Shown: one piece after another, positions 1 through 9,559 of the stretch
Layout: each line of letters starts with the position of its first letter
Numbering within the stretch: the first letter of the stretch is position 1
Notes under the pieces: model-generated
The model's database searches: none
Told to the model about the DNA's origin: nothing
The model's input: only the letters and a program-made list of their open reading frames with translations
Virus record (IMG/VR): IMGVR_UViG_3300037400_003220
Coordinates: 1 to 64,000 of that record
Source: a virus
Lineage: Duplodnaviria; Caudoviricetes
Strand: one strand, 5' to 3'
DNA: 64,000 nt
Made by a program: the position numbers and the translations under genes

Positions 1-1243
1 TTATGTAAAATAATTCTACCCCATTTTCTTTACACAATTTATTTTTTTTAACATCTCGTTCAATAGTTTTACTAAAATATTCGTTAATTTTATTTTCATC
101 CGTTGTATTCCACCATTTTTTATTAGAAAAATGTTGCTCACCCTGAAATTCAATGCCAACATTATATCTTGGGAGATAAAAATCTAATTTCATTGGATTT
201 TCATAAACGAGCCAATTGAACATTTTTTGTTGTTCATATTCAATATTATTATTTTCTAAAAATTGTTTAATTTTTCTTTCCCCCTTACTTTCTTTACAAA
301 ATGGGCATCCTTGGCCAGAAATGTGGCTATGTGGCGTTTGCCAGAACTCTCCATGTTCTGGACAAATTATACAAACTTTGGTTGCAGAATTTACATAATT
401 TACTTTTGAATAATCATATCTATCACTATGTATTTTTTTTGCTTTCTCAATAAAATTTTCTTTACTGTCTTTTAACTTTTCCGAAATTTTTGAATGTGCA
501 CAAATAGGGCATCCTTGCCCATTAATATGTTTAATTGGTGTTTGCCAGAATTCTCCATGCTCAGGGCAGATTATACAGACTTTTGTATCAGAATTTACAT
601 AATTTACTTTTGAATAAACATATTTATATCTATGGATATTATTTGCGCGCTCTAGGAAATTTTCTAGAGAAATTTTATTTTTTTTGTTTGCACATTCTGG
701 ACAGCCACTACCTCTTAAATGAGAACTTGGCGTTTGCCAGAATTCTCCATGCTCTGGACAGATTATACAGACTTTTGTATTACTATCCTTATATTCAACT
801 TTTGAATAATCGTATTTATCGTTGTGAATCTGCCTTGCTTTATCAACAAATTTATTCGTATTATAATATTTATTACCACAAAGTTTACAACCTTGCCCAG
901 CCAAAAAGGCATATGCTACTTTCTCAAAATCTCCATGTATAGGACATGTCACAATTACCTTATCCGTCCATTTTGTGCATCTGACTTTATCATAAGTATA
1001 TTTTTCGCCATATAATTTCTTCGCTCTTTCTATAAAAATATCTTTTGTACATTTTTGGTTAGCGTTCTTAAATCCTCTTAAAAGTTGTTGCGGAAAAATA
1101 AAAATATCTTTTCCATTTTTATCGGTTATTGTTATTTTTGTTCTATAATTTACATAAGTAGTTTTTTCATAACTGTACAAATCTCCATATTTTTCCTTTA
1201 ATTTTCCAATAAATTCTTCTGTAGTTATCTTTTTCCCGCTCAT
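1..1243 (-). CDS. DUF723-type zinc-ribbon-repeat homing nuclease with C-terminal PD-(D/E)xK/Vsr-like domain (3' end runs off the window)
   Basis: Not in the ORF track; translated by hand from ATG 1243: MSGKKITTEEFIGKLKEKYGDLYSYEKT...VTCPIHGDFEK...GQGCKLC. Further CPEHGEFWQTP repeats follow and the end reads ERDVKKNKLCKENGVELFYI. Paralogous to 31036..32382. Confidence 0.8.
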   Translation of the reverse strand, partial: MSGKKITTEEFIGKLKEKYGDLYSYEKTTYVNYRTKITITDKNGKDIFIFPQQLLRGFKNANQKCTKDIFIERAKKLYGEKYTYDKVRCTKWTDKVIVTCPIHGDFEKVAYAFLAGQGCKLCGNKYYNTNKFVDKARQIHNDKYDYSKVEYKDSNTKVCIICPEHGEFWQTPSSHLRGSGCPECANKKNKISLENFLERANNIHRYKYVYSKVNYVNSDTKVCIICPEHGEFWQTPIKHINGQGCPICAHSKISEKLKDSKENFIEKAKKIHSDRYDYSKVNYVNSATKVCIICPEHGEFWQTPHSHISGQGCPFCKESKGERKIKQFLENNNIEYEQQKMFNWLVYENPMKLDFYLPRYNVGIEFQGEQHFSNKKWWNTTDENKINEYFSKTIERDVKKNKLCKENGVELFYI

Positions 1244-1331
1244 ATTATTATTTTTTCTTGGTGTAAAAATATTTATTTATATATATAAATATGTATAACT
1301 TTTAAAAACAACAAAAAATATAGAAAAAAAT

Positions 1332-1718
1332 ATGAATTTCTTTATATGTTCTAATAGTGTTTTACCACGTCTTAGGGTGGAATTAGCCTACGATGGCAGA
1401 TTTGAATTTATGAAAACCTCACACTTCTACGCTGCGATTCAAAACGCTGACGTAACCTTTTCCATGTGGGATGACCACGATGTACTAAAAATTGCTGACG
1501 CCCCATGCAATATCGTTTTAACTGATCAAGACAGTTGTGATGAAAGATATATCATTGAATATGCGTGGAATAAAAGAGATACAAAAACACCTGGCCAATA
1601 TAGAGGGCGTTTTACTATAACATTCAAAGACGACTTATACGAATTAGGTCATGAATATGATGGGGGAGATTTAATAATGCCAATATACGAGGATTTGACA
1701 ATCTTTATTAAGCCGTAA
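1332..1718 (+). CDS. BppU-N-like Ig-fold baseplate/structural protein
   Basis: EYAWNKRDTKTPGQYRGRFTITF resembles the BppU N-terminal domain signature; late-type motif upstream. Confidence 0.55.
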   Translation: MNFFICSNSVLPRLRVELAYDGRFEFMKTSHFYAAIQNADVTFSMWDDHDVLKIADAPCNIVLTDQDSCDERYIIEYAWNKRDTKTPGQYRGRFTITFKDDLYELGHEYDGGDLIMPIYEDLTIFIKP

Positions 1719-2070
1719 TACTTGGTGGAATACAAAAGCGAGAATTTAATCCTTTGTCTTTAGCATATTTATAGAGAATTTGGCTATCCTTCTTATGATT
1801 CTCAAAAAAGAAAATAGCATTTGCTTTTTCGACAATCTTCTCGTTTCGATATTTAAGAGCATCTTTTCCGTACTTTCCCCATTCTGTCTGGAAAAAGTAT
1901 TTATCTATTTTGTAACGCTCGGTAAACTTATCAATAAATTCGTCACCAGTTGTCAAAATTGTGATACCTTCTCCACGGTCACTAACTGGTTTAAGGACAG
2001 AAATTAATTTCTGACGGACAAATTCATAATTTTCAGTATCTTGTGCACCAATGATAATAATATTAAGCAT
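1708..2070 (-). CDS. SLOG-family protein (DUF2493/YspA-like)
   Basis: IIIIG...EWGKYGKDALKYRNEKIVEKANAIFFF...YAKDKGL pattern. Confidence 0.7.
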   Translation of the reverse strand: MLNIIIIGAQDTENYEFVRQKLISVLKPVSDRGEGITILTTGDEFIDKFTERYKIDKYFFQTEWGKYGKDALKYRNEKIVEKANAIFFFENHKKDSQILYKYAKDKGLNSRFCIPPSITA

Positions 2071-2142
2071 AAATTAACGTGTTTTTAAAATAACACTTGA
2101 AATATACAAAAAATAAATTATATTTACAAAAAAACAAACAAT

Positions 2143-2583
2143 ATGAGCAATAAAAATTATAGAGATGGATATAGGGGGCTAGACAGAGATTTGCTTTTTG
2201 AACAATACTCTGACTATGATTATTTAAAAGAACAGTACCGTAATGGAACACTACAGGGCCTAGATGATTACGAAAGAGAATTACTAGAGTTCTGCCACGA
2301 CAGGGACATGCGTGAGTATTTAAGAGAAAACGTCTGGGAAAAACCTATTGTATTAAACTCAGAAGGTGGGGTAGACTGGAATAAAACCAAGTTCCAGAGA
2401 GGAGGCCAAAGACACGTTATTCCAGAACAACAATATTATCAGCCACAACAACCAGTGTATCAACAACAACCAACATATCAACCTATTCCACAGCAACAAA
2501 TTCCGCCGCAGGTTACTGAACAACGTTTCTATTACTTGTATGACGATGATGGCAACTTGATTGCTGCATTACCAAAGAAATAA
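2143..2583 (+). CDS. hypothetical protein with Gln/Pro-rich linker
   Basis: 146-aa ORF followed by an intrinsic terminator. Confidence 0.7.
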   Translation: MSNKNYRDGYRGLDRDLLFEQYSDYDYLKEQYRNGTLQGLDDYERELLEFCHDRDMREYLRENVWEKPIVLNSEGGVDWNKTKFQRGGQRHVIPEQQYYQPQQPVYQQQPTYQPIPQQQIPPQVTEQRFYYLYDDDGNLIAALPKK

Positions 2584-2608
2584 ACTATCGGAAACGATAG
2601 TTTTTTTT
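2582..2608 (+). terminator. intrinsic terminator
   Basis: AAACTATCG-GAAA-CGATAGTTT hairpin plus T tract right after the stop at 2583. Confidence 0.85.
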
Positions 2609-2619
2609 ATAGCAAAAAG

Positions 2620-2635
2620 TATTTATATATAAATA
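2620..2635 (+). promoter_or_regulatory. late-promoter-like motif, perfect palindrome TATTTATATATAAATA
   Basis: Lies upstream of ATG 2649; one of more than 20 similar copies (see findings). Confidence 0.6.
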
Positions 2636-2648
2636 ATAGGCTATTTTT

Positions 2649-4091
2649 ATGATTACAAGAACATTTTTAGATAAATCAACTACAATTATAGAAGAAACGA
2701 CAAATAACTATGGTTTGCATCCTATTTCAATGTTAAATTATGGCGGTTTGTTGTCTAGAATTATGGTGCACTTTAATCTTGAAAAGGTAAAAGGTCTTAT
2801 TGAAGATAAGACTTATTGCGATGTTTCAAAATTAAAACACATTTTGAGAATGAAGAATTGTGGAAGCGTTAATCCAGAAAAACACAAACAGAAGTTAACA
2901 AGTGCAGATATTAACGGCGTTAAAGAAAGAGCAACTTCATTTAGTGTTATTGCTTTCAAAGTGCCAAAGCATTGGGATGAGGGTGTAGGATTTGATAATG
3001 CAAATGACTTCTGGTTGGTTGGGAAATCTGCCACATCAAAAGACGGGTGTACGTGGTATAACGCAACGAACGAGGAAATGTGGGACGATGAAGGAATCTA
3101 TTCAATAGATACCTTATTTGAAGAATATGAACTATATAAACAGGGTAAAGAATCTATCATTGTTGCCGAGCAACATTTTGATCACGGAAATGAAAATCTT
3201 GAATTAGACTTAACTAACTATGTTAATGACGTTATATTTAACGAGCAAGAAAATTATGGTGTTTGCATTGCATTTGTCCCAACCCTAGAAAACGCATCAA
3301 CAAAACTAACACAATATGTTGGTTTCTTTAATAATAAAACAAATACGATTTTTAATCCAGTACTTGAATCCAGATACGATTGCAATATATCCGACGACAG
3401 AATGTCCTTCGCGTTAGACAAAGAAAATAAAGTTTATTTATACGCTTTTATAAATGGTGCATTAGAAAACTTGGATGAAATTCCTAATTGTGAACTTGAT
3501 TACTCGGTATGCCCAAGCGGTGGTATTGAAATTAACCCAGTCGTTCAACAAGAGAGTAAGGGTATATATTCGGCTGCGTTAAAGTTACCATCTAAGAATT
3601 ATAAAGCAAATAGTATTGTATATGACACTTGGAGTAATTTATCATATAACGGAGAAAAAATAGACGACGCAGAACTTGAGTTTGTAACACATCCTAGAGA
3701 AATATACTTCAATATAGGAAGCAAAGTCATCGAGCCAAAAGAATTAAGCCCAATATTAGTCGGTATTGATGACAACGAAAAAGTAAATATGGGAGAAGAA
3801 AGAATGTTAAAAGTATTCTTCAGAATTCCATACACAAACAGTGATTTTAAATTATGTGATAATTCATGGTATAGAATATATGTAAAAGATGGAGATAGAG
3901 AAGTAACGATTGTTGATTGGGATAAATTACTCAAGATGGACACACACAACTTCTTTATGATTAAAACAAACGAATATGTTCCAACAGAATATCATATAGA
4001 TTTGAAAGCAAAGTTTGGAGATGAAACAAGAATATTTAAGAATCAATTAACCTTCAAAATAGTTTCAAATCAAATGGAACAAGATATGTAA
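2649..4091 (+). CDS. putative virion structural protein (baseplate region)
   Basis: 480-aa ORF with late-type motif, beta-rich composition, near the spike and BppU-like genes; family not identified. Confidence 0.45.
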   Translation: MITRTFLDKSTTIIEETTNNYGLHPISMLNYGGLLSRIMVHFNLEKVKGLIEDKTYCDVSKLKHILRMKNCGSVNPEKHKQKLTSADINGVKERATSFSVIAFKVPKHWDEGVGFDNANDFWLVGKSATSKDGCTWYNATNEEMWDDEGIYSIDTLFEEYELYKQGKESIIVAEQHFDHGNENLELDLTNYVNDVIFNEQENYGVCIAFVPTLENASTKLTQYVGFFNNKTNTIFNPVLESRYDCNISDDRMSFALDKENKVYLYAFINGALENLDEIPNCELDYSVCPSGGIEINPVVQQESKGIYSAALKLPSKNYKANSIVYDTWSNLSYNGEKIDDAELEFVTHPREIYFNIGSKVIEPKELSPILVGIDDNEKVNMGEERMLKVFFRIPYTNSDFKLCDNSWYRIYVKDGDREVTIVDWDKLLKMDTHNFFMIKTNEYVPTEYHIDLKAKFGDETRIFKNQLTFKIVSNQMEQDM

Positions 4092-4093
4092 AA

Positions 4094-4121
4094 AAAAATG
4101 GTGGAGTCATCCGCCATTTTT
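4094..4121. terminator. bidirectional terminator
   Basis: AAAAATGGTGGA-GTCA-TCCGCCATTTTT between convergent genes. Confidence 0.8.
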
Positions 4122-4124
4122 AAT

Positions 4125-4538
4125 TTATTTCTTTATTTCCCAGTTTTTTAATATGAAATGCAGATACGGGTCATTGTCTGGGTCATAGCCACGGTCTGGA
4201 TCATATGTGTAACATAATGAGCCAAAATCAACTTCTAAATCTCCAGTTAAAATTAATAATGCCCTACCATCATTATCAAAAAATCTAGTTATAAAAAACT
4301 CAAGTTCTCTTTCACTTTTATTTTCGTAATAATCTCTTAAAATAGACATTACTTGTCTACTATTACACCATGTCTTGCTAAGAGGTATTTTTATGTCAAC
4401 AAATTCTGGTCTATTTTCTTCAGATTTAAATTTTTCAATCCTTTCGTTTAGATATCCGACAATAAAAAAACCGTTAACAAACTCGCCAGATTTGTAACAA
4501 TTTATTGAACAACCATATATATCTTCCATAATAAACAA
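4125..4538 (-). CDS. hypothetical protein
   Basis: 137-aa ORF with TATTTATA motif upstream. Confidence 0.65.
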   Translation of the reverse strand: MFIMEDIYGCSINCYKSGEFVNGFFIVGYLNERIEKFKSEENRPEFVDIKIPLSKTWCNSRQVMSILRDYYENKSERELEFFITRFFDNDGRALLILTGDLEVDFGSLCYTYDPDRGYDPDNDPYLHFILKNWEIKK

Positions 4539-4543
4539 CTAAT

Positions 4544-5476
4544 TTATATAAATATTATATTTTCATCTAAACTCTCATTAAGTCTAGTTCCATTTTTTAT
4601 TGCATTACCTCTATGAAGTGTTAAAACATTACCTATTTTCTTTAAGAATCTTTTTTCTGATTTATGCAAAAGGTTTATGAATTTTGAATAGTTTAGATTA
4701 AACTTATTATTTAATAGTTTAGTGACTAAATCTTTATCACTATTTTCTACAATTTTAATATCTTTTTTAAATTTAAAATAAGCCTCACAAGTTGGGCTTT
4801 TTATAATATCCGATAATTCGAACAATGGTTTTTCATTGTTAAAAAGATATTGGTATAATCCGTTTACAAACCCGTCTTGTTCAAAAGAATATGAATAATA
4901 TAAAGCCTCTGAAACAATATACTCTAAACTATTTTCATCTACATTACTTCTTATTATGTTATAAGCAATTTCGTAGTTTTTGTCTTTTGGTAACAACTCG
5001 CCAGTAAAAGTCATCTGATAACAATGCTCTAATTCATGTTGTAAATTATCTGCAGAAATTTCTTTTATTAATCCACTAGAAATTGAACATGTATGAAGAT
5101 ATATAAAAAACTTATTTCTTTCAAATAGTGGGCTAGTAGCAGAATTTTTTACAAAATTTTCATATTTTTTAAAGTTTTTATCAAAAGAGCCTTTATCCCT
5201 AAAGTCAATATTAGTTACAGTAATAATTATTTGGTAGTTACATAAAGTAAAACCAGTTATTTCAAACTGTTGTCTATATACATCACTATCATATAAAACC
5301 TTATCCTCCTTTTTAACCTTTTCACTAATAATTTGTATTATTGAATTAGTCAATGAGACGATTTCCGTACTTATTGATAGTTCTTCTTTTATCATTTCAG
5401 AAAGAACATTAGACTTTTCTTGATAAGAAATAATCTCATTTAATTGCTGCTCAGTTATTATTATATTTTTAGACAT
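4544..5476 (-). CDS. HExxH zincin-like metallopeptidase with N-terminal tag
   Basis: LQHELEHCYQ plus downstream EQDGFVNG; N-terminus MSKNIIITEQQLNEII; paralog of 57797..58687. Confidence 0.6.
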   Translation of the reverse strand: MSKNIIITEQQLNEIISYQEKSNVLSEMIKEELSISTEIVSLTNSIIQIISEKVKKEDKVLYDSDVYRQQFEITGFTLCNYQIIITVTNIDFRDKGSFDKNFKKYENFVKNSATSPLFERNKFFIYLHTCSISSGLIKEISADNLQHELEHCYQMTFTGELLPKDKNYEIAYNIIRSNVDENSLEYIVSEALYYSYSFEQDGFVNGLYQYLFNNEKPLFELSDIIKSPTCEAYFKFKKDIKIVENSDKDLVTKLLNNKFNLNYSKFINLLHKSEKRFLKKIGNVLTLHRGNAIKNGTRLNESLDENIIFI

Positions 5477-5480
5477 ATAT

Positions 5481-6446
5481 TTAGTTTATTCTAATATGTT
5501 TACTTAATAATTTTTCACCAAGACCCTTAAACGTCTTTGACGCATCTTCAAATCTCTCTTCATTTGAAACACCCCTGCTATAATCATAGTCTAACGCAGA
5601 GTATTCGCCAGTTCCACTACCATATTTCATATCTAGTTTTTTAGATGCATCATCTGGACAAGGCGGTAAATTTGCATATTTATGTGTATGGCTCTTAAAC
5701 ATTTGTAAGAACATAGTTAGGAAATTTACAAGTTCGTCTCCGTATGGAAGCGCATGTGCCTCTTTTATAATTCTTTTCATTGCCTTTTCATCATCACTGT
5801 CCTCAATCTCTCCATTTTGGTTTGCAAGTATGTCGACCGCGCCATTTCCATTATGTGAAAGTAAATTAACTTCATCGGCAACAATTGATACGCTTGTCGT
5901 ACTATCACTGTCACCGACTTTATTTATCACTGTATCGTGTTCTTTAAGTTTAATATATGCTGGATTTTGTAAATTATACACAAATCCGCTATTATCTAGA
6001 TTAAATTTACGGGCACCACAACGTATTCTCAGATCCTTATCGCCAAGAATAATATCCGTATCTCGTCTGCCATATACAGCGATTTCATCATCGTCGGCAT
6101 ATGAACCATGCGTTCGTGGATTTACGCTTGGTGCCTTAAGCGGGTTAAGATAACTACCATTTAATAATCTGCCAGCACTCGTATAGTGCGAGTCGTAGTT
6201 CATGTTTTGTGGCTGCGAAATGATCGGTCCAACGTAGAAACATTGACTATATTGGTTTTCACTCTCAAGCGTTAAAACAAGGACACTTTCGCCAACTTTT
6301 GGCTTTACGTGAAACATTTTTGGCAACAACGGAAATGCGTCTGTATATCCTTCTTTTCTTGCATCTTTCGGAAGTAATCTAACCTTAATTCTTTCACCAT
6401 CCGCTTCGTCGTAAACATTTTTAACTTCTGCTATGTATAATGCCAT
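5481..6446 (-). CDS. baseplate central spike (gp5/gpV-like)
   Basis: N-terminal OB-fold pattern (AEVKNVYDEADGERIKVRL...PKVGESVLV...FYVGPII) and C-terminal HTH metal-binding tip motif (KSHTHKY). Confidence 0.7.
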   Translation of the reverse strand: MALYIAEVKNVYDEADGERIKVRLLPKDARKEGYTDAFPLLPKMFHVKPKVGESVLVLTLESENQYSQCFYVGPIISQPQNMNYDSHYTSAGRLLNGSYLNPLKAPSVNPRTHGSYADDDEIAVYGRRDTDIILGDKDLRIRCGARKFNLDNSGFVYNLQNPAYIKLKEHDTVINKVGDSDSTTSVSIVADEVNLLSHNGNGAVDILANQNGEIEDSDDEKAMKRIIKEAHALPYGDELVNFLTMFLQMFKSHTHKYANLPPCPDDASKKLDMKYGSGTGEYSALDYDYSRGVSNEERFEDASKTFKGLGEKLLSKHIRIN

Positions 6447-6448
6447 AT

Positions 6449-6898
6449 TTAACCGTTTTTATTTTTATAAATTGAAAAGTCGTGCTCTAATATCGAATTT
6501 TCTAACGAGCCAACTATCTTGTTTATTGTTTCGAGCGCTTCCTTCTTAATGTCTTTCAATTTTAAAACTCTATCTTTTTCTTGTTTCAAAAGAAATTGGA
6601 AAGAAAGAAAACTCTTTTTATTTTTTGACACACCATTTTGTGCCACCTGAAAATCGAGTATGAAACTTCCATCAAATAAATTAGTGTCTTTTATATTATT
6701 ACTAATGCTAGTTTTCAGGCTCCTCTTCATATCATAAATATCTCTATCATAAGTTTCTTTTTCGGTATTTGGAGAAATATACGTTTTCCCTTCGATATAA
6801 ACTACAATAGGATTATTTCTATTCGTCGTACCAATTTTTAATTTAAAATTATTATGGTCGATGTTTTTCTCACTATTACTTCTCTCTTTAGTTGCCAT
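6449..6898 (-). CDS. hypothetical protein
   Basis: 149-aa ORF tightly coupled to the spike gene. Confidence 0.7.
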   Translation of the reverse strand: MATKERSNSEKNIDHNNFKLKIGTTNRNNPIVVYIEGKTYISPNTEKETYDRDIYDMKRSLKTSISNNIKDTNLFDGSFILDFQVAQNGVSKNKKSFLSFQFLLKQEKDRVLKLKDIKKEALETINKIVGSLENSILEHDFSIYKNKNG

Positions 6899-6976
6899 AA
6901 AAAAAATATTTTATTATACTAATAATATAATAAAATATTTTAAAAAGTCAAGTTGCTCATTATTTTTTTTGTATTT

Positions 6977-7171
6977 TTAATCCCAATCATCCTTATATTT
7001 TGGTTTTTTTACTGGTCCCATCTTGCCATGTTTAGGTGCTTTTTTCTTATGCTCATCATCTCTTCTTCTTTTTTCCGTAGCCCACTCTTTATCATAACCT
7101 TCGGCAACTACTCTTTCAAAAGCATTTTTTACACATTCTCTTAACTCTTCCTTTGTGACTTTTGTTTTCAT
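6977..7171 (-). CDS. small basic protein with degenerate tag
   Basis: MKTKVTKEELRECVKNAFERVVAEG followed by a Lys-rich tail. Confidence 0.6.
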   Translation of the reverse strand: MKTKVTKEELRECVKNAFERVVAEGYDKEWATEKRRRDDEHKKKAPKHGKMGPVKKPKYKDDWD

Positions 7172-7261
7172 TTTTGTTTAGTATTTAATCTTTATTATTT
7201 AAATGCCCGTATTGGTCATTTTTATCCATTCTGGGCGAATTATTTACATTGTTAATATATT

Positions 7262-8098
7262 TTAATTTTGGGCCATTAAACTCTCCGTATTTCGCCTGTT
7301 TATCAAACCATTCAATTGTTTACCATTTTGTGTTGTACAACTTTCTTTTATTTTAAAACAAGCATAAGCGAAATCATCTTTATTAATAGTTCCATCTTTT
7401 TCAATTCTGCAATTAGCAAGAGTCTGAAAAACTGGTGAATTTTTAAAATTTTTCCTACCACTATTATAGATTATAGATATACAGGCATCAATAAATCCTT
7501 GTGGATATAAATCCGTATTCTGTAAATATTTTGGCAAAGATTTAAACGCCTCATTCATCTCTTGTTCATAAATTTTAATATCTTCTGCAAATATAGCATC
7601 TGCTTGTTCTTGCGTTATTGATTTAGCACTCTTTAACCACTGCGGATCGTTTCCAGTTATTTTATGCCCCCACCCTATGGTTCTAATTCCTCTAACTTTT
7701 TCTTTTGGAGTTGCAAAATATGGTTCTAATTTGCACTTTTCATAATCTTTTATATGTTCTATTCCTTCTCTAGAAATCTTAAAATTGAGATATATTCTTT
7801 GTTCTATTTTCGGAATAACATCTTCATTTTCAATTTGTGCTATAATCTCCTGCTTTTGTTCTTGACTGACAGGTAAAACATTATTGATGATTGCATATAA
7901 TGAAGTAAATGATATAACGCCCATACTGGCAATGATTGCAGTTCTTCTTGCGAAATCAGAAAACGTCTTACATCCCCTATACAATGTTTGATATACCTTC
8001 TTTAAGTTAATTGATGACTCGTTTAACAACCCAGATCTTGTATATTCAAGCAAAACATAATTAACATATTGTCTCTCAGTTAAATAAACTTTTCTCAT
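7262..8098 (-). CDS. GH24 (T4-lysozyme-like) muramidase with N-terminal tag and hydrophobic segment
   Basis: ISREGIEHIKDYEKCKLEPY...RTIGWGH...ITQEQADAIFAEDI...NRRNTE; N-terminus MRKVYLTERQY...LLNESS. Confidence 0.8.
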   Translation of the reverse strand: MRKVYLTERQYVNYVLLEYTRSGLLNESSINLKKVYQTLYRGCKTFSDFARRTAIIASMGVISFTSLYAIINNVLPVSQEQKQEIIAQIENEDVIPKIEQRIYLNFKISREGIEHIKDYEKCKLEPYFATPKEKVRGIRTIGWGHKITGNDPQWLKSAKSITQEQADAIFAEDIKIYEQEMNEAFKSLPKYLQNTDLYPQGFIDACISIIYNSGRKNFKNSPVFQTLANCRIEKDGTINKDDFAYACFKIKESCTTQNGKQLNGLINRRNTESLMAQN

Positions 8099-8100
8099 AG

Positions 8101-8622
8101 TTACTCATGATATGCTTTAATACCAACCTTATTTCCGTTTTTATCAATTAAATCGTCCACTACTATTCCTGGTTCATTTGCTATTTTAGCCCACAACCCG
8201 CTTATGGCAGAATCAGATTGATTCTCTGACCAATTTTCATCATAAAAAGAACTAACTCTATTTTTAAATAGGCTACAAACTGGATAATCTTGCAAAAGGA
8301 ATGCGAGATAAAGTTTATATGCAATACCAAGTCTTCTTATTTCTTTATTAACATTGATATGTAGTTGATAGTATTGTTCGCCATTAATTTTAACCTCTTC
8401 GGCCAGGAAATTTAGAAATTTTCCATCAATTTCTTTCCCGTCAATAACTGGTGTTAGGTGAAAGAGATTTCTACTAACAGAAACGCCCGCAGGTATCTCG
8501 TTCGAAACTTCAAACTGGATATCTGACGGGTTACAAAAGATTAACTTCTGGATTGAATCATTTTTGTCAATTTCTTCCAAAAGCAACTTAGCCTGTGATT
8601 CTGTTAGAATTACCTTTCTCAT
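8101..8622 (-). CDS. GNAT-fold acetyltransferase-like protein with N-terminal tag
   Basis: Motif-A-like HINVNKEIRRLGIAYKLY; N-terminus MRKVILTESQAKLLLEE. Confidence 0.55.
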   Translation of the reverse strand: MRKVILTESQAKLLLEEIDKNDSIQKLIFCNPSDIQFEVSNEIPAGVSVSRNLFHLTPVIDGKEIDGKFLNFLAEEVKINGEQYYQLHINVNKEIRRLGIAYKLYLAFLLQDYPVCSLFKNRVSSFYDENWSENQSDSAISGLWAKIANEPGIVVDDLIDKNGNKVGIKAYHE

Positions 8623-9530
8623 TACTCATTAACTAGGGTATACTTCAATTCAGCCAATGTTAGAATTGATTCTTTTAATTTAGATTTGTCAAACTCTTTC
8701 TTCGATAAAGACTCTTTCATTGTTGAGAATCTAATTCCTTCTTCCATACTATCCGTATCTTCAATTTTCTCATTTAACAATGAAATGCAGTCATCTTTGT
8801 ATTTGTTGAATAACTCCTCACTATTAGATTCTGATAAATAGCATAATGTTAAATCTCTGATAGCCTCTGTTTCCCAAGGAGTGTCACAAGAAATTGCCTC
8901 ATTCAAATCATTAACCAATTCGGTTTTTGATTTATTATTTGCCTTGTCGTCTACCACATTATCAGAAGTCATATTCTCATTGATATAAGAAACTACATTA
9001 TGAACCTTATTAGTGTGTTCAAATAAATTACTTGCTGTTTTCTTGTTTGTTAATATGTAAGACAAAGATTCGTTGATTTCTTTATTTTCGTTTAACAACG
9101 CATCAAATTCATCTGCGGTAATATTAGATTTAATAACAGCCTCCTTTAAGATCGATTGTAATCTCTTTATACCTTCTTTTAAGGATTTCTTGTCAATGCC
9201 CTCAGAAATTGCAACCATAGATGACACTAATAGACTGGTATCATTAACATGTACTGGTTTCAATGCATTTTCAAATAAGACATACAAAGTTTTTAATTCC
9301 TTGTTTTCCCTAATTGTTTTGATATAATTTGCTACACAATCCTTGTGAGCGTCAAACAACTTATCACTTATACCTTCAAATAAGGATTTAATTTCACCAA
9401 AGCCCAACTTATCTAAATTAGATACTCTTTCCTCAATTTGTTTTGCTCTAATTTGAGAATCAAACGCTTTATTGAAACTCTCTTTCAATTTAATTAAGTC
9501 GTTACTATCTTTTATAATGTTCTTTTTCAT
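8622..9530 (-). CDS. putative prohead core protein
   Basis: Helical protein directly downstream of the portal with many [LIV]xE sites (LKES, LLNE, INES, LNEA, LVNE). Confidence 0.45.
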   Translation of the reverse strand: MKKNIIKDSNDLIKLKESFNKAFDSQIRAKQIEERVSNLDKLGFGEIKSLFEGISDKLFDAHKDCVANYIKTIRENKELKTLYVLFENALKPVHVNDTSLLVSSMVAISEGIDKKSLKEGIKRLQSILKEAVIKSNITADEFDALLNENKEINESLSYILTNKKTASNLFEHTNKVHNVVSYINENMTSDNVVDDKANNKSKTELVNDLNEAISCDTPWETEAIRDLTLCYLSESNSEELFNKYKDDCISLLNEKIEDTDSMEEGIRFSTMKESLSKKEFDKSKLKESILTLAELKYTLVNE

Positions 9531-9559
9531 AGTTCTTTATTTTATATATAAATACTTTT

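Noticed and set aside
216-1015. Plus-strand ORFs 216..398, 535..942 and 824..1015
   Set aside because: They are antisense shadows of the minus-strand nuclease gene 1..1243; their repeats mirror its repeats.
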